From the sequence record MK972709.1: a stretch of DNA of 24,000 nt, one strand, 5' to 3'. A program made the translations under genes and the position numbers. The notes under the pieces are model-generated. The model was not told where the DNA came from. It did not search any database and saw nothing but the letters and a program-made list of their open reading frames with translations. The DNA is from Salmonella phage SE20. Positions 15,610 to 23,729 of the stretch are shown piece by piece; the stretch's first letter is position 1; each line of letters starts with the position of its first letter.

Positions 15610-15623
15610 TAATTTATGAACTT

Positions 15624-15652
15624 ATTATACAGAATTTTAAAGCTAAAAGCAA
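15624..15652 (-). promoter_or_regulatory. PN25-like sigma70 promoter
   Basis: TTGCTT-N17-TATAAT, then AAGTTCATAAATTAATGAGAGAGGA. Confidence 0.85.
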
Positions 15653-15669
15653 CTGAATTTTTTAATTAC

Positions 15670-16101
15670 TTACCAATCGTTAACGAAACCTGAGAACTCA
15701 GAAGCAAAGACTAACTCAAATTTCTCAGCAATTTCAGGATGATCTTTACATATCAGTTCAATGCACTTCTCAGGTTCCATACCATCTTCTTCAGGATCAC
15801 CGTAATACTTGTCCCAAAGATCATCAGGAATAACTTGCTCAGCTAGATCTTGGAAGTTCACTAACTGATAGCGTGGAGTATCCTCATCAATAAAGATCTC
15901 ATGCAATTCCTCAGATACTTCTCCCTTATAATCGGAAATTAGTAGAGCATTGCAAGCAAAACATTCCCACATCATCAAACGCTCAGAAATAGGGTTCGAT
16001 TTGTCTTGAACATAGGACTGAAAGACTGCCTTAAAAGTAGCCTTAACTTGCTCAAACTTATCAGCTGTTGCGATTAAGAGTGCTTTATCAATCTTTTGCA
16101 T
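15670..16101 (-). CDS. acidic hypothetical protein
   Basis: 143 aa, own promoter. Confidence 0.8.
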   Translation of the reverse strand: MQKIDKALLIATADKFEQVKATFKAVFQSYVQDKSNPISERLMMWECFACNALLISDYKGEVSEELHEIFIDEDTPRYQLVNFQDLAEQVIPDDLWDKYYGDPEEDGMEPEKCIELICKDHPEIAEKFELVFASEFSGFVNDW

Positions 16102-16131
16102 TTTGATTCCTTCTCATCAATTTATAAAGTA

Positions 16132-16160
16132 ATTATACAGAAAACTAAGCATTTTAGCAA
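16132..16160 (-). promoter_or_regulatory. PN25-like sigma70 promoter
   Basis: TTGCTA-N17-TATAAT, then TACTTTATAAATTGATGAGAAGGA. Confidence 0.85.
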
Positions 16161-16167
16161 ATGAAGT

Positions 16168-16195
16168 TTTAAAATAAAAGGCCTAAGCCTAGGCC
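16168..16195 (-). terminator. rho-independent terminator
   Basis: Minus strand GGCCTA-GGCT-TAGGCC followed by TTTTATTTTAAAA. Confidence 0.8.
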
Positions 16196-16270
16196 CGTAA
16201 AGAAAGAGATAAGAACTACTATCCCTACTGCTATAAATATCTCACGAGCCATGCCATCAAAATCAAACAT
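16169..16270 (-). CDS. 33-aa membrane protein (not in supplied track)
   Basis: MFDFDGMAREIFIAVGIVVLISFFTGLGLGLLF; ATG overlaps stop of 16263..16853 gene. Confidence 0.55.
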   Translation of the reverse strand: MFDFDGMAREIFIAVGIVVLISFFTGLGLGLLF

Positions 16271-16853
16271 TGATATCTCCCCTCAATATCGCTGCCACAT
16301 CTTCATCGATTTGGAGTACTTCACCAGTAGTGCAGTTAACCACTTTATCATAGCTTGTGAATTTGCCAGACACAATATCCTCTAGAGGAATAGGAGTCTT
16401 GCTCATCTCAAAAGAGACGTTGATATAACGTGGGTCACGCACAGAATTAGTGTGCACATGTCCGTGAATGTTTAGCCTACCACGAAGTTCTGCTTCGTGC
16501 AATGGACAGTGTGACAGCCAAAACTTCTTGCCACCACCTGTTTGCTTACCTAGAGCCTGAATATCATCATAAACGTCTACAAGATCTTTAATATGCAGAC
16601 CCTGACGTTCAGCATCGTGGTTGCCCATAATTAGTTGGTTAGGCACGTTGTGGATAACCGACTTCAACTTGGCCAACCCTTCTCGCCCCACGGCACTATC
16701 TCCTAGCAGCACAAGTTTTGTACGCTTGCCAATGTGCTTGGACAAAGTATCTAGGATATACTCATCGTGCTCTTTCATGTTCTTAAACCAGGGGCGAAAA
16801 CGAAGAATCCCTGGGTGGTCTAAGTGGAGTTCACTCCAGAATTTAACTTTCAT
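16263..16853 (-). CDS. calcineurin-like metallophosphoesterase
   Basis: Motifs SELHLDH, GDSAVGRE, GNHDAE, SHCP, HGHVH. Confidence 0.85.
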   Translation of the reverse strand: MKVKFWSELHLDHPGILRFRPWFKNMKEHDEYILDTLSKHIGKRTKLVLLGDSAVGREGLAKLKSVIHNVPNQLIMGNHDAERQGLHIKDLVDVYDDIQALGKQTGGGKKFWLSHCPLHEAELRGRLNIHGHVHTNSVRDPRYINVSFEMSKTPIPLEDIVSGKFTSYDKVVNCTTGEVLQIDEDVAAILRGDINV

Positions 16854-17059
16854 TATTTATTCCTTACACATGTGGATGTAATAGTATAACTATCGTAGAA
16901 TATACCTTTTGTGAGTCCAATTTGAATACTGGAATAATCTAGCTCACCTCCAGCTACATCACATAAGTGTTTTGTATCTTCTGCAGTAAATCTCATATTA
17001 TCGTCGTAGGAATCACATCCAGCTAACAGCAATGTAGATAAGAATACCAGCTTTTTCAT
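16853..17059 (-). CDS. small lipoprotein
   Basis: MKKLVFLSTLLLAGCDS lipobox; 1-nt overlaps. Confidence 0.8.
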   Translation of the reverse strand: MKKLVFLSTLLLAGCDSYDDNMRFTAEDTKHLCDVAGGELDYSSIQIGLTKGIFYDSYTITSTCVRNK

Positions 17060-17358
17060 TAATACCTCTTTTTAGTTAACCAATACATATGGTGCTCATA
17101 TTGATAGCGATTCCACTTATCTTTAAATTCATTCATATGATTAAAGATATGTTTGGCTAAATCGTTAGCATTCTCTAGTGTTTTAGCGTAAAGTTTTACT
17201 GGTTCGCCATTTTCATATGAGATAATAATAAAGAGCCTATTATCTTCTTCAAATGCGGGGGATATAGAACGTATCCCCTCAACATCAATAAAGCCAGCCC
17301 AGCCTAGAGACTCAAAGTTACAATACTTAGTAATTGTTGGTATAATAGGTTTTTCCAT
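17059..17358 (-). CDS. hypothetical protein
   Basis: 99 aa, coupled ORF. Confidence 0.75.
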   Translation of the reverse strand: MEKPIIPTITKYCNFESLGWAGFIDVEGIRSISPAFEEDNRLFIIISYENGEPVKLYAKTLENANDLAKHIFNHMNEFKDKWNRYQYEHHMYWLTKKRY

Positions 17359-18221
17359 TACAGAATCCTCTGTACACCACAGCTATCATTTTTATCTGTG
17401 GTAAATGTCATAATCTTACCAGCTTCATCATTAACTTGCGCAACCGTCAACTGCCCGTTGAAAACACCGCCAGTATCGAGATAAACACGGTTCTTGTACA
17501 GAATTGGGTAAGGAATACCAGTGTGACCATGGAATACGAAATCTACACTTTCAACTTCTGGCACTTCCACAGTCAGTTCATCTTTAAATCCTGCATAACG
17601 CTGGAAATAGGGGTGCTCTCCACCTTGCTTAGACAGATGAAAACCAATTTCCTGAATTACATCACGATCCCATAGATATGGCTCAATGTAATAACTAGGA
17701 TGATCATTAGGATCATTTTCACTTGCAGCGATATGATAAATAATATCATCCCAATTAGGTGTATGTACATCGAATCCCGCATCTTTATATTGGAATGGTA
17801 TTCCACCATGAACAACACCATATTTCTTGCCACGATGGAGTACAGTCATGAATACTGGCATTTTAACTGCCATATCTTCTGCGATACCTTTAATTGTATC
17901 GGTATCTAGATCATTCATTGCCCACATTCCACCATTATACATCCAGTTGGCGTAGTCACCAGCAATCATAAACTGATCATGGTTGCCACGAACGCTGCGG
18001 AAGCGTGGGTTATATAAGAATTTGGCTAGAACCTGTAAGTTCTGCGGGCCACGGTCAATTAAGTCGCCAACACAGACAACATAGTCACGCTTCTCTTTAT
18101 ATCCTGCTAGTTTAAGAGCATCTTCCAGCATATCATTACAGCCGTGAATATCTCCTACGAAGAACAGGTTAACATCGTCTGGTACTACTAACATTTCATG
18201 CAGGTTAAATTCTTTTTTCAT
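17358..18221 (-). CDS. PPP-family serine/threonine phosphatase-like protein
   Basis: GDIHGC, GDLIDRGP, RGNHD and HGG motifs. Confidence 0.9.
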   Translation of the reverse strand: MKKEFNLHEMLVVPDDVNLFFVGDIHGCNDMLEDALKLAGYKEKRDYVVCVGDLIDRGPQNLQVLAKFLYNPRFRSVRGNHDQFMIAGDYANWMYNGGMWAMNDLDTDTIKGIAEDMAVKMPVFMTVLHRGKKYGVVHGGIPFQYKDAGFDVHTPNWDDIIYHIAASENDPNDHPSYYIEPYLWDRDVIQEIGFHLSKQGGEHPYFQRYAGFKDELTVEVPEVESVDFVFHGHTGIPYPILYKNRVYLDTGGVFNGQLTVAQVNDEAGKIMTFTTDKNDSCGVQRIL

Positions 18222-18252
18222 TATCTGGTTCCTTTCTCAAGTTTATAGGTAT

Positions 18253-18281
18253 ATTATATCAAAATTTTAAGCGTTTAGCAA
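18253..18281 (-). promoter_or_regulatory. PN25-like sigma70 promoter
   Basis: TTGCTA-N17-TATAAT. Confidence 0.85.
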
Positions 18282-18285
18282 ATAA

Positions 18286-18316
18286 AGAAAAACCCAGATC
18301 AGCTAAGATCTGGGTT
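18286..18316 (-). terminator. rho-independent terminator
   Basis: Minus strand AACCCAGATC-TTAGCT-GATCTGGGTT then TTTCTTT. Confidence 0.9.
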
Positions 18317-18323
18317 GGATTTA

Positions 18324-18614
18324 TTAATCTTCTGGATTATCTTCCAGAAAGTTTTTGATTGCATCGTGCATAGTTTCCTTACGAAGCTGACGACCAATCA
18401 GAATGTGGTTGGCTTCCACACGACCATTCGGTAGACGATCTGCTAGAACTACTACAGGAACTTGTCTAACACCGAACTTCTGCATAAGTTCTGTATTATC
18501 AGTCTCTTTATGAACTTCTAGACTGTAGCCCTGTATTACTTTATCGAATACAGGCTCGAAAAGTTTACATGGGTTGCAAGTGGAACCTTTTAATAGATAT
18601 ATTAATTTACTCAT
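18324..18614 (-). CDS. thioredoxin/glutaredoxin-like protein
   Basis: STCNPCK active-site-like motif and QVPVVV cis-Pro motif. Confidence 0.8.
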   Translation of the reverse strand: MSKLIYLLKGSTCNPCKLFEPVFDKVIQGYSLEVHKETDNTELMQKFGVRQVPVVVLADRLPNGRVEANHILIGRQLRKETMHDAIKNFLEDNPED

Positions 18615-19017
18615 GTTTATTAATGGCCTCCAAAAAGCCTTTCATTACCTTGACAGTTGCAGTGCTAAGATCTAAGGTAGCACCTAAGCACTCGGATACA
18701 GCAGCTTGATAAGGGGCTTTTAGCCTGCCTTCCGGTACTTGTACTTTCTTATAGGTTTTCTTCTTGACTTTATCCAGCATCGTTTCAAGAACATTGAGAG
18801 GCAACTTCTGACCTTCAATATTCACGCCAAGCTCTTCCATTAGCATGGTATTTAAGTCAATACGAGTAAGTTTCTTGCCCTTGCTAGACATACGAATTCC
18901 CGCCTTTTTCTCAAGTTTTGCACGCTCTGGTGAATCGAGGTCACGTAATGCGATGTTCAATTCATACGGAGCCATATTGTAATGGTTAGCCATCTGAGTA
19001 TAGTAACGATCTGACAT
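18607..19017 (-). CDS. hypothetical protein
   Basis: 136 aa, AGAGGAG upstream. Confidence 0.8.
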   Translation of the reverse strand: MSDRYYTQMANHYNMAPYELNIALRDLDSPERAKLEKKAGIRMSSKGKKLTRIDLNTMLMEELGVNIEGQKLPLNVLETMLDKVKKKTYKKVQVPEGRLKAPYQAAVSECLGATLDLSTATVKVMKGFLEAINKHE

Positions 19018-19050
19018 TTGTGAAACTCCTCTGATTCAATTTATACAAAT

Positions 19051-19079
19051 ATTATATAAAAATTTCAGCGGAAAGTCAA
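19051..19079 (-). promoter_or_regulatory. PN25-like sigma70 promoter
   Basis: TTGACT-N17-TATAAT, then ATTTGTATAAATTGAATCAGAGGAG. Confidence 0.85.
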
Positions 19080-19092
19080 CTACTTTTTTATA

Positions 19093-19509
19093 TTAGTGTG
19101 CTTGATGTGGGAATCTCTTCCTAACTAAGTACATAGTTATTGGGTATATTGAATACATAAGTATAGGGGAGAAAAGGGTGAAATAAGCCGTGACTCCCCC
19201 AGCTAACATTAGTGGTATCAATGCTAGAGTAAGGGCCATAAGAATCATACCGAATGAGACAGCCAGGGCTACTGTGATGCAGTTCTCTAACTCCATCCAA
19301 AGCCAACAATATTTCGTATTCCTCTGGCAGTTGCATTTGCAAACGCCGAATGTGCCCATAATTATATACTCTAGCCCATGAACGACTTTCTTTAATGTAT
19401 CATTTTGGGTAACTAGTGCGACAACAGTGAGAATTATCATTAAGATGAAAACTACTAGACTTATTTTCCATACTCCTAGTAATATCATGGTGAATAGTTC
19501 TGCAAACAT
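19093..19509 (-). CDS. membrane protein
   Basis: 138 aa, several hydrophobic segments; ATAGGAG upstream. Confidence 0.7.
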   Translation of the reverse strand: MFAELFTMILLGVWKISLVVFILMIILTVVALVTQNDTLKKVVHGLEYIIMGTFGVCKCNCQRNTKYCWLWMELENCITVALAVSFGMILMALTLALIPLMLAGGVTAYFTLFSPILMYSIYPITMYLVRKRFPHQAH

Positions 19510-19544
19510 GGCTTTCTCCTATCATTAAGTTTTTAAAGCCCCCT

Positions 19545-19575
19545 TTGCTTTAAAAGGCGGGAATTACCCCGCCTT
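19545..19575 (-). terminator. terminator downstream of endolysin
   Basis: Minus strand AAGGCGGGG-taa-TTCCCGCCTT followed by TTAAA. Confidence 0.75.
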
Positions 19576-19584
19576 GATTTATTA

Positions 19585-19998
19585 TCAGACTAATTCTACG
19601 TGACCACCGTCGTAAGTACCACGATCGATCTCATCATGATAATCACCAGAACTATTCCAGTCGGCACCAAAACGAAGTTTGATACCAAGTTCCTTACCGG
19701 CTTGTTCAAAAGCCTTCTTAACAGCCCAAAATGCTTCCAGATCTTTCCAATCAATCTTACCATTAATATATGGTGCAAAATCGATAGCGTCTCCAGTTAC
19801 ATGCTTACTTTTGCTAGGGTCTTTCAAGAATGAAGTACCATTAGCAATATTTTGGGCACTTTGTGCTACTGTACGAATACCCTGTACGATTGTGAAATCG
19901 TATGGGGATAGTTCTAAAGCCCTACGAGCTACCTTTTGTAGCTCGGGCTTAACAGTTGCTAATTGTTTTTCGCTATTTTTACCAAATTTAAAACTCAT
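19585..19998 (-). CDS. lys: L-alanyl-D-glutamate peptidase endolysin, T5 Lys-like
   Basis: 137 aa MSFKFGKNSEKQLATVKPELQKVARRAL...; Zn-peptidase motif SKHVTGDAIDFAP...HVELV. Confidence 0.95.
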   Translation of the reverse strand: MSFKFGKNSEKQLATVKPELQKVARRALELSPYDFTIVQGIRTVAQSAQNIANGTSFLKDPSKSKHVTGDAIDFAPYINGKIDWKDLEAFWAVKKAFEQAGKELGIKLRFGADWNSSGDYHDEIDRGTYDGGHVELV

Positions 19999-20651
19999 AT
20001 AGATCTACCTAATGATCTCCGTTGTGGGGAACAGAGCTTTGCTAAGTACTCATTAAATTGTTCCGAATCAGCTGTATCTACGGGTTTATCCTTCCATGCA
20101 ATACCTATGTATCCAGCATAGATATTATTTAGGTTGAAATATGGACAAGTGTAGACGTAATTAAAAGTAATGTTCTTAAATGCTGGTATATTTGACCCAG
20201 TATATTTATTTACTTTTACACTTAAATCCGCAGCGTAGTTAAAGCCTTCCAGGTGACGTCTATAAAGTTCAGACGTCTTATTTACTGCTTTATCGGCCAA
20301 GTCAGCCCTATCCAATTGCGCATTGCTTTCCCATGCAATAATGTTTGAATAATCATTTATAGCATCTGGTTTATACTTTACTACAAAAACGGCATCCGCA
20401 CCAGTCTGGGAGAAAAGAACCATACTCTTTTCTCGTGCTACATTAGGAAAGTTATCTATCCTTTGGGTTTGAACATCCTGTAAAACCGAAGACGTGGAGA
20501 AAGTCTTTAAAAATGACATCACCTCGCTAGTGTTACTTACAAACAAGAAAATAATGACAGCAACTAAGATAGTTAGCAGACGTTTTAGTAGCGAAGCTGG
20601 ATCTTTCGCTTCTTGTAGCAGTATCGTTAATAGTTGTATAAACTTTTCCAC
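19995..20651 (-). CDS. hol: T5-like holin
   Basis: 218 aa, one N-terminal TM, GTG start, directly upstream of endolysin and overlapping it. Confidence 0.85.
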   Translation of the reverse strand: MEKFIQLLTILLQEAKDPASLLKRLLTILVAVIIFLFVSNTSEVMSFLKTFSTSSVLQDVQTQRIDNFPNVAREKSMVLFSQTGADAVFVVKYKPDAINDYSNIIAWESNAQLDRADLADKAVNKTSELYRRHLEGFNYAADLSVKVNKYTGSNIPAFKNITFNYVYTCPYFNLNNIYAGYIGIAWKDKPVDTADSEQFNEYLAKLCSPQRRSLGRSI

Positions 20652-20675
20652 TTGTAACCTCCTCTAACCACTACC

Positions 20676-20704
20676 ATTATACTAATTCTAGAGTAAAATT
20701 ACAA
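20676..20704 (-). promoter_or_regulatory. candidate sigma70 promoter for holin-endolysin
   Basis: TTGTAA-N17-TATAAT, followed by AGGAGGT before the holin start. Confidence 0.65.
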
Positions 20705-20767
20705 TGTGTTTTTTAAGATCACTTCTGGAGCACAATTTTTTTGTCGTTGTCAAGAAGAATTTTAGGC

Positions 20768-20800
20768 AAAAGAAAAGCCAGAGTCGTTAAACTCTGGCTT
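20768..20800 (-). terminator. rho-independent terminator
   Basis: Minus strand AAGCCAGAGT-ttaacg-ACTCTGGCTT then TTCTTTT. Confidence 0.9.
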
Positions 20801-20808
20801 AAAACTAC

Positions 20809-21408
20809 TTACACTTCTCCATGTTCTTCTGGATGTGGGGCTTGAGCTTTACTACATTGCTCTTTACGATAATTCGCCAAAATTTCAATACGCTTATTGA
20901 TTTCTTTGCTGTTGAGATAGATATTCTTATTCTCTTTTACCATGTCCTCGATTTCATCGACAGAGAAGAACGGAAAGTAAATATCTAGCATCATATCTTC
21001 TACAAACTGGTTGTAGGATTCATAGGCTTTCTTGATTTCTTGACCTTTCTCGCAGAATCCGCCAGAGAACGTATGCCCCATAAGCGTAGCATGTGGATGT
21101 ACAACCCAACCGTGGCAAGATAGGAAGATTGTGCAGTAAGCAGAAGCACTAGGACCGAGCAGGTGTCCAATAACCGTTCCACGACAGTTAGCGATTAGGT
21201 TAGATAGCTGTGCAGCAGTATCAACATAACCACCAGGCCCATTAATCATCAGATTAATTTCATCATCTTCACCAGCCTGCATCAGTATCATGGATAGGTC
21301 ACGATACTCATCCGGTGAGCCTAATTCTTCATCAAAGAAAAAGGTATATTCGTTAGATTGGCGAACAGTGTGAAACAGGTTAGTCTTTTCTTCTTTCTTA
21401 TTAGTCAT
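20809..21408 (-). CDS. ClpP-like serine protease
   Basis: MINGPGG, GPSASAYCTIF (Ser) and MGHTFSGG (His) ClpP-type motifs. Confidence 0.85.
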   Translation of the reverse strand: MTNKKEEKTNLFHTVRQSNEYTFFFDEELGSPDEYRDLSMILMQAGEDDEINLMINGPGGYVDTAAQLSNLIANCRGTVIGHLLGPSASAYCTIFLSCHGWVVHPHATLMGHTFSGGFCEKGQEIKKAYESYNQFVEDMMLDIYFPFFSVDEIEDMVKENKNIYLNSKEINKRIEILANYRKEQCSKAQAPHPEEHGEV

Positions 21409-21420
21409 AGTGATCCTTAA

Positions 21421-22173
21421 TTATCCAACTAGTGGTTCTAGCTCTAAGTCACAGAAGTGGTATACATCAGTACGAAGTGCATCAAGTCCGTTGAAGGTAT
21501 TCTCAAATTTATGAGAAATGTATTTTTCAGGAATACCGCTTTCAGACGGATGATCTGTCTCGATGCGATACTTATTAGTAATACCAGATTCAACCTTAAT
21601 AAGTATGGAATCCATATCTAGAGTATTGGTTTCCATGATTAGCTCTCCCTCATTGGGAAAACGCACATCGGTAACAATTGCGACGTCTGGGTCGTCTTTA
21701 TCGATGGATTGCTCCAGAATTAGGAGCCAAATGCGTTCATGCACCAGCTGCCTTCCTAACTCAGTACCTACAAGCTGTAGCATTTTTCTTGGGGAGATAA
21801 ATACGCTATACAGCGCATCATCAGCTTGCCCAATTAACTGCTGAGGATCAAGGTATCTTCCTTCAAATATCGGCCAAACGTACGAGAAGTCCTCAAACTT
21901 ATCGATACCATACTTAAACCATACGTCTCTAGCTCGCTCCAATTGAGATTGTGTGACTGTAAACCATTGGTCAATCTCCTTTCCACTGCGCTCTCCCAGA
22001 AACTCTGGAGTTACCCCGAGGATTACGGATGCAAGTTCGTAAACGGGTTTAGCAAAACTGTAACGACGGGATAAACACGTTGGGAACGTGTCATTACACC
22101 AGTCAATCATTAATTCTGCAACGGTATCTTTTCCCGCACCAGCCTCACCATGTAAACCGACTAATACTGACAT
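21421..22173 (-). CDS. dnk: deoxynucleoside monophosphate kinase, T5-like
   Basis: GLHGEAGAGKDT P-loop, 250 aa, DVRFPNE motif. Confidence 0.85.
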   Translation of the reverse strand: MSVLVGLHGEAGAGKDTVAELMIDWCNDTFPTCLSRRYSFAKPVYELASVILGVTPEFLGERSGKEIDQWFTVTQSQLERARDVWFKYGIDKFEDFSYVWPIFEGRYLDPQQLIGQADDALYSVFISPRKMLQLVGTELGRQLVHERIWLLILEQSIDKDDPDVAIVTDVRFPNEGELIMETNTLDMDSILIKVESGITNKYRIETDHPSESGIPEKYISHKFENTFNGLDALRTDVYHFCDLELEPLVG

Positions 22174-22526
22174 TAATCTTTCCTATTTGTAATGGGTGGA
22201 TAGTAAACTAAGCAACGTTTTTCTTGTAAATCTTGACGATAGAAGCAAACCATACCAGTCAGTCGTGAAATGTAAGAGTAAACTGCTTCCTCGCATTTTG
22301 CTTTTGCATTCCAATCTTTGTAAGGTACAACAACTACTACGCCATCTTCACCATTTGTAGCTAATTTCTTTTCGAATTTGAAATCAAAACTACACGGCTG
22401 AAGTCCTTTAGGCCAATCTACATGAGCTTGCTTTAACTCATGGGATGGCTCCGGTTTTATTTCTTCTGCACAGCCTGTGATTGTGATTGCGGCTGCAAGC
22501 AGTACTCCAAGTTTCCAGTTAAACAC
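22173..22526 (-). CDS. putative outer-membrane spanin (lipoprotein)
   Basis: Lipobox AAAITITGCAEE; overlaps upstream i-spanin-like ORF. Confidence 0.65.
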   Translation of the reverse strand: MFNWKLGVLLAAAITITGCAEEIKPEPSHELKQAHVDWPKGLQPCSFDFKFEKKLATNGEDGVVVVVPYKDWNAKAKCEEAVYSYISRLTGMVCFYRQDLQEKRCLVYYPPITNRKD

Positions 22527-22900
22527 GCTAATCTTTCCTCGAACTCTTTATTCTGCTTTTTAGCAATTAATGTTACCAATCCAGGCTTTGCAGCGATAAT
22601 ATCTTGACGACTAAGAGCTTTATCTAACTGCTTAATCTTTTTGTCTAGATCTGCTTGCGAAATATTATTCATTGTGAAATACTGATTCATTCGAGTCTCA
22701 CGAAGTTCACTCTCAGCTTTCACCTTATTAAGGGAGGTTTCTAGAGAAGAGATTTTTTTAGTAGCTACCGCAAGATCTCCCGCTAAAGTCTCCACTTTAT
22801 CTACTAAGTGATAAGCACCGAATCCGATACCTATCGCAAGACCAGCTCCCAGGATATACCACTTACCTTGCCATAGAGAACTAATAAAGTTTTTTATCAT
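22457..22900 (-). CDS. putative inner-membrane spanin
   Basis: N-terminal TM followed by long coiled coil; overlaps the lipoprotein ORF. Confidence 0.65.
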   Translation of the reverse strand: MIKNFISSLWQGKWYILGAGLAIGIGFGAYHLVDKVETLAGDLAVATKKISSLETSLNKVKAESELRETRMNQYFTMNNISQADLDKKIKQLDKALSRQDIIAAKPGLVTLIAKKQNKEFEERLACLTGNLEYCLQPQSQSQAVQKK

Positions 22901-23577
22901 CTTTTCATATTCCTGAATGACGTAACCGTATCAAATCCATGTGCTGCTAGGCGGTCTTTATCAGAAATGGTAATAATATCTGGTTCTCCTGTTCCAAGCA
23001 CGCCCCAGATATATTGTTCAATTCTCTGGTGTAATCGATATAGGTTGCTTTCAATTTCCTGCCACGGAATACCTGATAGGTGTAGACGCGGATTAGTTAT
23101 AACCTTGAAGTATTTATTGTTATCTTTATCATTTGGAACTAATGAATCTAGAACTGCTAATGGTACTCTTAGCTCAGATAAGGCTTCTTTAGCTTTCGGG
23201 GTAACTTCATCTTGCCATGATAAGATAGACTCTTTTGGCTTCCCTCTATTTATATCTAGTAGAGAAAATCCCGTTGACCATCCATTCTCTTTCAAAACTT
23301 CTAATGCTTTGTCTAGGTTGAAAGTTTTTACTTGAGTATCCAATACATCAATATGGTACATCCAGTAAATCTCTCCTGCTAGGAAAAACGGTAGAATTTT
23401 AAAGTAGCCTTTCTTTTCACCAACACGAGCAATCATACGTTCTTGCATAATCATGTAGTTGCCATCATCTGGAGCCTTTATTATTAGCTCTTCAGTTTTA
23501 CGCTCCCAAGCACGATCTGGGTCAAACAAGCTGTTCTGCAAATCGTATACATCTGCCCATTTACTAATAATTCTCAT
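22897..23577 (-). CDS. hypothetical protein
   Basis: 226 aa, first gene behind PN25-like promoter. Confidence 0.8.
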   Translation of the reverse strand: MRIISKWADVYDLQNSLFDPDRAWERKTEELIIKAPDDGNYMIMQERMIARVGEKKGYFKILPFFLAGEIYWMYHIDVLDTQVKTFNLDKALEVLKENGWSTGFSLLDINRGKPKESILSWQDEVTPKAKEALSELRVPLAVLDSLVPNDKDNNKYFKVITNPRLHLSGIPWQEIESNLYRLHQRIEQYIWGVLGTGEPDIITISDKDRLAAHGFDTVTSFRNMKR

Positions 23578-23608
23578 ATTTAATCCTCTTGCCTCAATCT
23601 ATAAACAT

Positions 23609-23637
23609 ATTATATAATACTTGTGGCATCTGAGCAA
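23609..23637 (-). promoter_or_regulatory. PN25-like sigma70 promoter
   Basis: TTGCTC-N17-TATAAT, then ATGTTTATAGATTGAGGCAAGAGGA. Confidence 0.8.
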
Positions 23638-23653
23638 CTGAAATTTTATTACA

Positions 23654-23690
23654 AAAAATAGCCCAGTCGCAAAATTGCAGGCTGGGCTTT
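23654..23690 (-). terminator. rho-independent terminator
   Basis: Minus strand AGCCCAG...CTGGGCT followed by ATTTTTTG; coordinates +/-2. Confidence 0.75.
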
Positions 23691-23729
23691 GTCATTATTA
23701 TTCTTGCTAGGAGGTGATTATCATCACTC

